This document shows positions 9,607 to 18,529 of a stretch of DNA of 35,894 nt, in pieces (the stretch's first letter is position 1; each line of letters begins with the position of its first letter). This DNA is from an uncultured bacterium (GTDB lineage: Bacteria; Myxococcota_A; UBA796; CAJQPC01): contig CAWVYO010000003.1 of the NCBI GenBank assembly GCA_963934385.1, forward strand, positions 1-35,894, given 5' to 3'. Made by a program: the position numbers and the translations under genes. The notes under the pieces were generated by a model, which was not told where the DNA came from, made no database searches, and saw only the letters and a program-made list of their open reading frames with translations.

Positions 9607-12222
9607 ATGTATGTAAGAACATCTGTAGTATTATCATTTTTTTTGGCGTTCATAAGCGGTTGTAGTGGGGTTTCTAACGAAGAGTTTGACGATCGTCTGA
9701 CCAGTATCGATATGGATGGTGATGGTGTCTTCTTTGTGGATGACTGTGACGATAGGGACCCTGACGTGGGTCTTGAGGTGGCCTGGTACGTTGACAGTGA
9801 CGGTGATGGCTACGGATCTCTCGAAGATGATCAGTTGATCTCGTGTGATGCTGTGGATGGATATGTTCTGATCGGTGGTGATTGCGACGACTTGGATGAG
9901 CATGTGAACCCATCCGCTGACGAGATGTGTTTAGACCTCATCGATAATAATTGCGACACCTTGATCGATGACTCGTCGTCTGTAGATGCAGTTGCGTGGT
10001 ATGTAGACTCAGATGGAGATAGTTTTGGCGATGAAACAGCCGCGCCAGTAAGCAGTTGCGATGACCTATCTGCCACACATGTACTAGATTACACTGACTG
10101 TGATGACGCAGACAACTCAATCTATCCAGAAGCCCTTGAATACTGCGATCAGGTTGACAATGATTGCGACACAGAAATTGACGAAGACGACGCTGTAGAT
10201 GTGATTACTTGGTATGCAGATTTAGATGGCGATGGCTTTGGGGACAGCGACGATCTAAAGGTCACATGCTACGAACCTAATGATTACGTAGAGCTTTCTG
10301 GTGACTGCGATGACGGTGATAGTACTTCCTATCCAGGTGCTGACGAGTACTGTGATGGAGTCGATCACGATTGCGACACGTTCATCTACGAAGGGGATTC
10401 TGTTGACGCTAGCTTGTGGTACGTAGATTCAGATAGCGATGGTTTTGGGGACCCTACTAGTGGCATCACCGCCTGCACGGGAGGGGGCGAATATATTACA
10501 GACAATACTGACTGCGATGATTCTAACGGAGCTGTAAACCCCAGCGCTGACGAGTACTGTGACACCTTAGATAACAATTGCGATACATTCATAGATGAAG
10601 ACACCGCTCTGGATGCAGCTACATGGTATATCGACAATGACTCCGATGGTTACGGGACAACATCATCGACTATCAATAGCTGTAGTCAGTCGAATGGCTA
10701 CGCTCCCGAAAGTACAGACTGTGACGACACTGAGTCCCATATAAATCCAGGAGCCGACGACGGTCCGTTGAACGACTATTCCTGCGATGGGTTGGTCGAT
10801 AGTGCTACCAATCTCTCTAATTCATTTATCGAGTTTACAGGCGAAGATGCCTACGATCAGGCTGGATATGCTGTCGGTACCATAGGTGACATTGATGGCG
10901 ATGGGCTTAGCGATATAGCGTTCTCTGCCCCATATAATAGTGACACGGGTACCAGTGCGGGGAAGATCTACATCTTTCTTGGTAAGAGCCTTGCTGTCAG
11001 AGGAACTATGTCGGCCGCAGATGCTGATGTCATGTTTACGGGCGCCGCTGTAGGGGACCTTTTAGGTTTCTCATTTGAAGGTGGTGGCGACTTTGATGGC
11101 GACGGGATCGACGATCTGATCATAGGGGCGCCAGGTGACGATACTTCAGGTTCAAATGCAGGAGCGGTCTACTTGGTGTCAGGGCTGAGTATAAACTCTT
11201 TCAATGCCAATAGTATCACCAGTTTGAGTTGGAATGACGGTGTTTTAGTAGGTGAAAATGCGGGGGATCAAGCTGGTTACTCGGTTTCCTATGTTGATGA
11301 TTTTTACGGCGACAGCAATGGTGACATCGTAGTTGGTGCACCAGGTTGGGATCTGAGCTTCTTGCAGGCAGGTGCTGGTATGGCCTATATTTTTCGCAGT
11401 GACGAGATTACCTCTGGGACTGATGACTTATCTAGCTCCCCTCTCAGTTTTAGCGGAATAAGCGGCAACAGCGGCCTATATGTTGGTGACAAAGCAGGGT
11501 TCTCGGTAGCAGGTTTTGAAGACGCGGATCTAGATGGTCGAGGCGATGTAATAGTCGGTGCGCCATACTGTGATGAAGAAGCAACGGATGCCGGGTGCGC
11601 ATATATAATACTTAGCGATACCAACAGACTCTTTAACCGTGGGTATTCGATGTCAGAAGCCGACATTAACTTTGAAAGTGAAGGCTCAGGAGACCATTTG
11701 GGCTGGCGTGTGGCTAGTGCGGGTGACTTCAATGACGATCAAATTGGAGACGTCTTGATATCATCTCCAGGGATAGATGTATCAACGACCGACAGTGGAG
11801 AAGCGACCCTGTATTCAGGTGAGAGGGTTCTCGATTCTGTCTTGCCAATGCAGGCTTACCACTACCATTTCGAGGGCTCCAATGCGGGCGACAGTGTCAC
11901 TGGAGTATCTGCGGCAGGCGATGTTGATGGCGACGGTGTCGATGATATTATGATCTCTGCTCCCAGCTATTTGTCCGGATCTGGCATAGGGTCTTCATAT
12001 CTACTCCTCTCGGCGAATCACACCTCTCCAGATTACTACGATGTAGGTGTCGCAGCCTACAGCTTCGTAGGTGAATCTAACGACGACGAATCAGGCTATT
12101 CTGTTTCAAGTGCTGGTGATGTGAATGGTGACGGTCTCGATGACCTTCTGGTATCGGCGCCACTCAATGACGAAGTCGCCACGAACGCTGGTAAGATCTA
12201 CCTGATCTTGAGCGGTCTGTAG
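9607..12222 (+). CDS. Lipoprotein with Asp/Cys (MopE-like) repeats and a 7-repeat FG-GAP (integrin-alpha-like) beta-propeller
   Basis: Lipobox FISGC; five WYxDxDxDGxG repeat units; seven FG-GAP blades such as GFSFEGGGDFDGDGIDDLIIGAP and GYSVSSAGDVNGDGLDDLLVSAP. Confidence 0.85.
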   Translation: MYVRTSVVLSFFLAFISGCSGVSNEEFDDRLTSIDMDGDGVFFVDDCDDRDPDVGLEVAWYVDSDGDGYGSLEDDQLISCDAVDGYVLIGGDCDDLDEHVNPSADEMCLDLIDNNCDTLIDDSSSVDAVAWYVDSDGDSFGDETAAPVSSCDDLSATHVLDYTDCDDADNSIYPEALEYCDQVDNDCDTEIDEDDAVDVITWYADLDGDGFGDSDDLKVTCYEPNDYVELSGDCDDGDSTSYPGADEYCDGVDHDCDTFIYEGDSVDASLWYVDSDSDGFGDPTSGITACTGGGEYITDNTDCDDSNGAVNPSADEYCDTLDNNCDTFIDEDTALDAATWYIDNDSDGYGTTSSTINSCSQSNGYAPESTDCDDTESHINPGADDGPLNDYSCDGLVDSATNLSNSFIEFTGEDAYDQAGYAVGTIGDIDGDGLSDIAFSAPYNSDTGTSAGKIYIFLGKSLAVRGTMSAADADVMFTGAAVGDLLGFSFEGGGDFDGDGIDDLIIGAPGDDTSGSNAGAVYLVSGLSINSFNANSITSLSWNDGVLVGENAGDQAGYSVSYVDDFYGDSNGDIVVGAPGWDLSFLQAGAGMAYIFRSDEITSGTDDLSSSPLSFSGISGNSGLYVGDKAGFSVAGFEDADLDGRGDVIVGAPYCDEEATDAGCAYIILSDTNRLFNRGYSMSEADINFESEGSGDHLGWRVASAGDFNDDQIGDVLISSPGIDVSTTDSGEATLYSGERVLDSVLPMQAYHYHFEGSNAGDSVTGVSAAGDVDGDGVDDIMISAPSYLSGSGIGSSYLLLSANHTSPDYYDVGVAAYSFVGESNDDESGYSVSSAGDVNGDGLDDLLVSAPLNDEVATNAGKIYLILSGL

Positions 12223-12225
12223 AGG

Positions 12226-13194
12226 CTAATTGTCTTCTACGGCAAAAGTGCCAACCGCCACTCCTGCCTTAGTCCATATACGCTCAGGCAGGGCGATCAC
12301 GTAGGCGTCTCCAGCTGACCTTAGCACTTCTATTGTACCCCCATTCAAGTCTAGTATTTCGGCTACAATTGTTCCTCTCTCAACATGATCTCCCGGTGCA
12401 ACAGTTAGGCGTAGAATCCCCTCTTTTGTAGGCTTGGGACCAGGAGAGCGCCGCAAGTTATCGTGGTTGATCTTGGTGGCGTGAGTCACGGCTCGTTTTA
12501 ATGTGGTTCCTATGGCCCCCAGGGTACCCATGACTGCCTGTATTGTAGCCCCTACGATGGTCTCGTCGGCAAATAGCCTAGGTCCCGCCTCTATAGTTAA
12601 GCTCGGGGTGTGAAGCCTGTTGCATATGGCTCCAGACAGTGATCTGTGCAGGTTGTAGTTTGCGTACTGCTTGTCGGCGTATTCTCGCAACACAGTGAAA
12701 CCAGTGGCTTTAGCCAGCATCTCGGTTCTCTTTTCCAGAGTGCTCCTTTTCTCCCCATCAAGTGTGACGGCTCGGTCTACTATTGCGTATGGGACAGAGA
12801 TTGGTGAGTCAGCGTGAAGATCAATGAGTAGATCGGGGTGATGGCGGTTTATATCATCCCAAAGTACCCGCGCAGAACGATCGGCGGGTGAGCCAAGAGC
12901 GTCACCTGGGAATAGGCGATTAAGATCTTGACCCTGGCATTTTCGAGTCATCTTGGCCAAGCCGTCTGGGTTCATTGTGGGATAGATCACGACTTTTCCT
13001 CGAAGGATCTGATCTGGTAGAAGCTCTATTAGCTTGTGTGCGACCGTCACTCCCGTGACCTCGTCCCCATGGACGTTTGCGGTGATGACAACTGTGGCTC
13101 CATCATTGGGCGAATCTATCGTGACTACGGGTGCATGGTAAGGAACTCCCTCTCTTGATCGCGGCAGGAGTAGTCTATGTTGTTTGGTCGGCAT
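12226..13194 (-). CDS. Succinylglutamate desuccinylase/aspartoacylase-family (M14) metallohydrolase
   Basis: Zn ligands HGDE and DLHAD, DLNRLFPG, catalytic EAG, and a C-terminal hybrid-like domain. ATG at 13194 (TTG at 13197 is also possible). Confidence 0.88.
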   Translation of the reverse strand: MPTKQHRLLLPRSREGVPYHAPVVTIDSPNDGATVVITANVHGDEVTGVTVAHKLIELLPDQILRGKVVIYPTMNPDGLAKMTRKCQGQDLNRLFPGDALGSPADRSARVLWDDINRHHPDLLIDLHADSPISVPYAIVDRAVTLDGEKRSTLEKRTEMLAKATGFTVLREYADKQYANYNLHRSLSGAICNRLHTPSLTIEAGPRLFADETIVGATIQAVMGTLGAIGTTLKRAVTHATKINHDNLRRSPGPKPTKEGILRLTVAPGDHVERGTIVAEILDLNGGTIEVLRSAGDAYVIALPERIWTKAGVAVGTFAVEDN

Positions 13195-13205
13195 CAACTG
13201 TCACT

Positions 13206-14528
13206 CTACACTGGATCCACTTTGCGCCAGATTCCAAATTTTAGGTATCTACCCTCGGGAAAGTCCACGTGTGCAGGAAAGTCTGGTCCTTGTCCACCTT
13301 CGAAAATTAGCTGCAGGGCGAACCCAGCTTTTTGAGCCCCCTTGTGTACCATAGCGTGGAAATCTCTAGGGCTAACCTCTCCGAGGTTTAAAGCTGCGAC
13401 AAGCCAGCCCCCATCTTGAATTACCTTTAGTGTTGAGCTCACCAAAGTTGGGAAATCCTTTTTTAGACTTAACACTCCCTCGGGACCGTGAGAGAAAGAG
13501 GGAGGGTCCAAAATTGCTATGTCGAAGCTCTCTTCTTTTCTGCGGAACCTGTCCAAGACCTTTCTTACATCTCCTTCAATGAAACTATGAGGCGTAGGGT
13601 CTAGCTCATTTGCAATAAAGTTCTGCTCGGCTCGATCGAGATAGTGTCCAGAGAGGTCGACGCTAGTTACCTCGCTGGCGCCGTGCATGGCTGCAACCAC
13701 AGAGAAAAACCCCGTGTGAGCGAAAAGGTTCAGGATCCGTTTTCCGCCCCAATGATTCTCTAACCAAGCTCTGTTTGAACGCATGTCTAGGAAGATACCC
13801 ACCGATTTATCACCGTGCAGATCGACTAGACAAGCGACTCCTCGTTCGGTGACCCTTAGTGGGCCCTTGTGCGGGTGCCCAGAGATGAGACCGGGTGGTT
13901 TAGGGGCGGTCTTTTGGTCGAAGCTGTCTCGCGGATCTGGTCGCCAAGCCAGATATACGCCGCGTGTGTCCATGACTGTCTCTAGCGCTCCCGTGAGGTC
14001 TGCTAGAATTGAGAGTAGAGAAGGGCTATCTAGGCTTATAAGCGCGTGTGCGCCAAACATGTCTATTCGTATCCCAGGTAGCCCGTCATTCTCTGCGTTG
14101 ACCAGCCTGTATGCGGTGGTTTTTTCGTCTATAATCTGCTCTCGAAGGTTTCGAGCAGTTGTGATTCTGTCTAAGAATAAGGCTTGATCAATTGGAGCCG
14201 GTTTGTTTAGGAACCTTCGAACGGAAATCCATCCGTCGTCCCAAATTCCTCTTCCTAAGTTCTCTCCAGATTGACTAACTATGTCAACGTGCTTTCCTGG
14301 TTTCAGCCCGTTCTGTTTGGCTAATAGTTCGTTTGGGTAGACCCATTGAAACCCTCGCTTCAGCCACCGCTCACTGCCGCCTTCGACTATGACCCCATTT
14401 CGGGGTGTGCTCAGTTGCTTGGGTCGAGAGGGTTGACCCGTGTGGGGTTGCCGTCCAGAATCACCGCTTTTTACTTTCTTGTTTTGGAAGCGCTCTTTTG
14501 TTGTACGCCCCCTGTCTCTTTGACCCAT
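13206..14528 (-). CDS. RlmI/RlmK-family SAM-dependent rRNA methyltransferase (PUA + MTase)
   Basis: GFQWVY PUA-like start, AYRLVNAENDGLPG, GIFLDMR, LNLFAHTG, VDLS, LDPPSF and PEGRYLK. Confidence 0.85.
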   Translation of the reverse strand: MGQRDRGRTTKERFQNKKVKSGDSGRQPHTGQPSRPKQLSTPRNGVIVEGGSERWLKRGFQWVYPNELLAKQNGLKPGKHVDIVSQSGENLGRGIWDDGWISVRRFLNKPAPIDQALFLDRITTARNLREQIIDEKTTAYRLVNAENDGLPGIRIDMFGAHALISLDSPSLLSILADLTGALETVMDTRGVYLAWRPDPRDSFDQKTAPKPPGLISGHPHKGPLRVTERGVACLVDLHGDKSVGIFLDMRSNRAWLENHWGGKRILNLFAHTGFFSVVAAMHGASEVTSVDLSGHYLDRAEQNFIANELDPTPHSFIEGDVRKVLDRFRRKEESFDIAILDPPSFSHGPEGVLSLKKDFPTLVSSTLKVIQDGGWLVAALNLGEVSPRDFHAMVHKGAQKAGFALQLIFEGGQGPDFPAHVDFPEGRYLKFGIWRKVDPV

Positions 14529-14543
14529 CTATAGTCCCTTTCG

Positions 14544-14582
14544 TTTGGCCTCTTTACTCTTTTGGCCTCTTTACTCTTTTGG
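14544..14582. repeat. 17-bp tandem duplication (2.3 copies) spanning the cyclase stop codon
   Basis: tttggcctctttactct at 14544-14560 and 14561-14577, followed by a partial tttgg. Confidence 0.9.
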
Positions 14583-16103
14583 GCTCATAAGTCGAACGAT
14601 AGATGTACCCATTACTACAATATCGCCGTCTTTAGCGGGAGCGGTTCCCTCGACTTTCTCGAGTTCGTTGCCGTTTTGAAGTAACCAAGTGATACAACGA
14701 TCGTGAATTGACTGAATTTCCCATGAGCCATCGTGAGCGACCGTGACAGCGGCCTGTCTCCGTCCAGCTAGTGCCCTGTCCATAGTGAAACCGCCCTGGC
14801 GCGCTTTGCTTGCTTTCTGTCCAGAGCACCACCTAACGTTCGCGTGACCCCGCCTATCTGGTAGGGCGAGCCCTGGATGAGCGGGATCTCGACCAATCTC
14901 AGCAGTACTTCCGTTGGCTATGCCGACCATTAAGGATGGTGCCGACATCAGCAGTCCGGCGTATTGTCCCGACACTGGTATGAATTTGATCGTCCCGGAT
15001 GGTGGGACTATGTTGGACTGCTCTTCTAGAGCGACTGTATCGCCCTGAGCCATTATCCGTCCGTTCAATTCTATCCCCTTTGAGAGAGCAGTGATTGCGA
15101 CGCCTGATACATTGACTTTTACCCGCAACACCGCACTGTCAGATTCGTTGCTCCAGGCTCCGTCAGGTAGCAGATCGTAGGAGTAACTGTCGACCACGTT
15201 AGCCATGGGCGCGACAGGTAGCGCAAGTCCACCCAACATCATCTGCAAGGAGGCGGTCTCTCCGAGGTCAAAGATGATGGTGTGGCTATCGTCACAGGCG
15301 GTCACCTCGTTAGCCACAAGCTCTATGGCATTGCGAATGGCATTGGGAGCCCCGACAACTAATCCTCTGCCGCTGTCTTGCCATTCGTGCCTATCAAGAG
15401 GAGATATGTTGTAAACTGCTAGCCAGATGTGGCTCTGCTCTAGAACAGGTAGGGACGATATCAACCTCTCTAAAGCATCTGAGTTAGGTGTGTAATCCAT
15501 GAGTAGAATAGTTGGATTTGGGGGGAGCGTAGTTAGAGTCGCTCCTCTCTCCATTACAGTCAAACGCCCTTGCTTAACAGCCGCCTTTATGGGCTCAGGC
15601 AGGGCACACTTCGAAGGAATAACGGCTCTAAAGACAGGCATTTTTCCAGGAAAGCCCTTCATCTCAAAAGAGCCCGTGCACTCCCAGGCAACCTCTGACT
15701 GGTTCATACAGTATTTTGTGCTTTCCGAGAACCAAAATTCGGCAGACGGGGTCTTGGCTATTACTCGTGCTGCTAAATTGACGGCGTCCCCAAAGGCGTC
15801 TCCGTCTATCTCTTCTACATCTCCCGTAGCGCATGCTGCCCGAATCAGGAGCCCTCCAGCTCTTTGTCCCTGTTCTACTGCGTCCACTCCTGCTCGGATT
15901 GCATCAGTGGCGGAAGTAAACAGAGCCATGTACGAGTCGCCGAGATTTTTTACCACTCGACCACCGTGCCGAGTGAGCACAGCCAAGGTGAACCTCTCGT
16001 GTTCAGCTATAAGCTTACGCAACTCACTCCTGTCAGATCTACCAACAGTTTGAGTATAGTTCGCCAAGTCGGTAAATAAGACCGTTCGTGTAACTGTGGA
16101 CAA
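14571..16103 (-). CDS. Class III adenylate cyclase with C-terminal FHA-like region
   Basis: VLFTD and VVKNLGD (metal Asp residues, adenine-specifying Lys) and DAFGDAVNLAAR (Asp, Asn, Arg). C-terminal EIGRD...GRRQA...DGDIVVMG. TTG start preceded by AGGAGG. Confidence 0.82.
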   Translation of the reverse strand: MSTVTRTVLFTDLANYTQTVGRSDRSELRKLIAEHERFTLAVLTRHGGRVVKNLGDSYMALFTSATDAIRAGVDAVEQGQRAGGLLIRAACATGDVEEIDGDAFGDAVNLAARVIAKTPSAEFWFSESTKYCMNQSEVAWECTGSFEMKGFPGKMPVFRAVIPSKCALPEPIKAAVKQGRLTVMERGATLTTLPPNPTILLMDYTPNSDALERLISSLPVLEQSHIWLAVYNISPLDRHEWQDSGRGLVVGAPNAIRNAIELVANEVTACDDSHTIIFDLGETASLQMMLGGLALPVAPMANVVDSYSYDLLPDGAWSNESDSAVLRVKVNVSGVAITALSKGIELNGRIMAQGDTVALEEQSNIVPPSGTIKFIPVSGQYAGLLMSAPSLMVGIANGSTAEIGRDPAHPGLALPDRRGHANVRWCSGQKASKARQGGFTMDRALAGRRQAAVTVAHDGSWEIQSIHDRCITWLLQNGNELEKVEGTAPAKDGDIVVMGTSIVRLMSPKE

Positions 16104-16188
16104 GTCGCCTCCTGCAGCGAATTCACTATATCAGGTTGGTTGGCTTCTGTGGTCAGAATGCTGGGGGAATATCTACTTCGGCAAAATT

Positions 16189-16218
16189 TCCTGCTAACCA
16201 ACCATCGTGTTAGCAGGA
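16189..16218. promoter_or_regulatory. Perfect inverted repeat (10-bp arms, 10-bp spacer) in the divergent cyclase/gltX intergenic region; candidate operator or hairpin
   Basis: TCCTGCTAAC-caaccatcgt-GTTAGCAGGA. No U-tract follows, and it lies between two gene starts. Confidence 0.55.
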
Positions 16219-16258
16219 GCGCGTAATCATAAAATAGAACAATTATTCGGATGAAAGA

Positions 16259-17884
16259 ATGACAATAAGATGCCGATTTGCACCGTCACCTACAGGACAA
16301 TTGCACGTGGGGGGAGCACGCACAGCACTTTTTAATCTGCTTTACGTTAGGAATAAAGGCGGCAAAATGGTTCTCCGTCTAGAGGACACCGATGTTGCTC
16401 GTTCTTCCAAAGAGTCAGAGGAAGCTATTTGTTCTGACCTTCAGTGGCTGGGGCTCGACTGGGATGAGGGTCCGAATGTTGGGGGTCCTGGTGCGCCATA
16501 CCGCCAGTCCCAACGCCTGGGGCTCTATCGCGAAAACGTAGATGCGTTGTTGAAATCTGGTGGAGCCTACTACGCTTGGGAATCCAGTGATGAGCTGAAC
16601 GCAATGCGAGAGGCTGCTCAAGGTAGCGTGCAAGGGTTCAGGTACAGTCGTCAGGAATACAGTGACGAACAGCTTGCCCAATATAGAGATGAGGGGCGAA
16701 CACCGGTCGTTAGATGCTCTGCATCTCCTGGGGACATTGTGTTTGTAGACGAGGTTCTTGGAGAGATTACCATTCCCGCCAGCGACTTAGACGACTTCAT
16801 TATACTTAAGGGCGATGGTTATCCGACCTACCATATGGCGGTAGTTGTTGACGACCATCATATGGGAGTCACACACGTTCTTCGTGCTCAGGAGCACCTA
16901 AAAAATACAGCCAGACATCTTAGGATCTACGATCTTCTGGGCTGGGAGCCCCCTAAGCACGGACACATGCCACTGATCTTCTCCATGGAGGGCGGCAAGA
17001 TGTCTAAGCGCGACAAGGCAAAGGTCGCCCGTGCCGCGGCGCGTGCAAATGGTCACAACCCGGAGAGCCTAGCTTTATTGACAGGGCTCCCAGAAGATCT
17101 ACTCGTGCGGTTTATGAAAAAGAAAGATCATGGGATAGACACTGCTGTCGCTATCGCCAACAAATTGGGTGTCGAGCTTCCAGAGATAGATGTTCGCGAT
17201 TTCAGAGAGTCTGGGTACCTACCTGAGGCTCTGGTGAACTTCCTCTCACTTTTGGGTTGGAGCCCTGGTGGCGATCGCGAAATTATGGGGTGGCAGGAGA
17301 CAGTTGACGCGTTCAGCTTGGACAGAATTGTTAAGACAGCCGCTAAGTTTGATCGAGAGAAATTACGCTGGCTAAACGGTGTAAAGCTTCGCGAATTGAG
17401 TGTTGATGAGCTCATAGAAAGAGTTGTAAATTACGTTGAGCAGTGGGGTGGAAACCTCAAGGGCGTAGATGTTTCCATAGTGGGTCCGCTGATATCTTTA
17501 TATCGAGAGCGAGGTCAAACTCTTCGCGAGTTAGATGACGCTGTGGCTTGGGTGTTCACTGCTCCCACTGAGTACGGACCCGCAAAGGCTATAAAGAAGC
17601 ACATCCTAAAGGGTGACTCTCTCGAGCGGTTAAGTAAGATCGGCGCCATTTTGGGATCACTGTCCGAATGGAGTGAGGTGTCAGTTGAGACAGCGCTAAC
17701 GGCGTTCACGGAGAATGAGTGTGAAGGAAAGATGGGAAAGGTGGCCCAACCCGTGCGAATAGCACTTACGGGCAGTCCGGTCTCTCCTTCAATATATCCA
17801 ACTATAGTCAGCCTTTCACAGGCTGAGGTCGTTGGAAGGATCAGCGCGTGTGTTCAGTATTTTACCGACAGCTCGCATAACTGA
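16259..17884 (+). CDS. gltX: Glutamate--tRNA ligase with ~55-aa insertion after KMSKR
   Basis: RFAPSPTG, HVGG (HIGH), RLEDTD, YRQSQR, PTYHMAVVVDD, KMSKR, GYLPEAL, LLGWS, and the anticodon domain ending in RIALTG..SP. Confidence 0.95.
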   Translation: MTIRCRFAPSPTGQLHVGGARTALFNLLYVRNKGGKMVLRLEDTDVARSSKESEEAICSDLQWLGLDWDEGPNVGGPGAPYRQSQRLGLYRENVDALLKSGGAYYAWESSDELNAMREAAQGSVQGFRYSRQEYSDEQLAQYRDEGRTPVVRCSASPGDIVFVDEVLGEITIPASDLDDFIILKGDGYPTYHMAVVVDDHHMGVTHVLRAQEHLKNTARHLRIYDLLGWEPPKHGHMPLIFSMEGGKMSKRDKAKVARAAARANGHNPESLALLTGLPEDLLVRFMKKKDHGIDTAVAIANKLGVELPEIDVRDFRESGYLPEALVNFLSLLGWSPGGDREIMGWQETVDAFSLDRIVKTAAKFDREKLRWLNGVKLRELSVDELIERVVNYVEQWGGNLKGVDVSIVGPLISLYRERGQTLRELDDAVAWVFTAPTEYGPAKAIKKHILKGDSLERLSKIGAILGSLSEWSEVSVETALTAFTENECEGKMGKVAQPVRIALTGSPVSPSIYPTIVSLSQAEVVGRISACVQYFTDSSHN

Positions 17885-18391
17885 TTCGTCTGACTCTATC
17901 GTGCTGACATCCTCAAGAGGTACCCACTTGGCGTCTACAGCGTCCGTGTCCGCAGCGATCTCTAGAGAGTCAGACACCAGGAGAATCCTGAGGTCAAAGT
18001 GGCTATGATCTGGATCTCCTTTACGTGCCGGGATCGTGTGAATATCTAGATCAAACAGCCCGTCTCCGACAACGGTACCGCCAGCGACACCTGTCTCCTC
18101 TAAGAGTTCTCGCATTGCGGCTGCAATGACGTCCGTATCAGATGACTCAATATGTCCTCCTGGTTGCAGCCAACGGTGCAATTTGGAGTGGAATATCATC
18201 AGGAGACTGCTCTGGTCGGGTGAGAGCACGAATGCGCTCGCTGTGAAGTGTCCTGGGGAGAAATGTTCACGAGAAAACGGCGTTTTACTTTCGCGTAGTA
18301 GATCCTCCATTCTGCTTTTATATAGCTCCTCCCTTCTGTCGTTTGCACTGTATTGGCGGAGTAGGTCTTGGAGATGAGTTCGCTTTGTCAT
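17816..18391 (-). CDS. NUDIX hydrolase
   Basis: GHFTASAFV, HSKLHRWLQPGGH and Nudix box GGHIE...AAMRELLEETG. Its 3' end overlaps gltX by 69 bp. Confidence 0.9.
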   Translation of the reverse strand: MTKRTHLQDLLRQYSANDRREELYKSRMEDLLRESKTPFSREHFSPGHFTASAFVLSPDQSSLLMIFHSKLHRWLQPGGHIESSDTDVIAAAMRELLEETGVAGGTVVGDGLFDLDIHTIPARKGDPDHSHFDLRILLVSDSLEIAADTDAVDAKWVPLEDVSTIESDESVMRAVGKILNTRADPSNDLSL

Positions 18392-18529
18392 GTGCGCCTT
18401 TTAGCTGGTCTAACGAGAGCATGCGAGGGCATTAAAATATGGGAGGAAGTCCATGTGGGTGCTTTCTATTGTTAGCCAATATGTAGACGTACTCATTCAA
18501 TGTAGAATATTGAGGTATTAGGAGCATTA

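Noticed and set aside
6586-10637. Many alternative-frame and antisense ORFs over the repeat-protein genes (also 31322-31753)
   Set aside because: These are Ser/Thr/Val-rich shadows of Asp-rich codon repeats, with no independent motifs or RBS.
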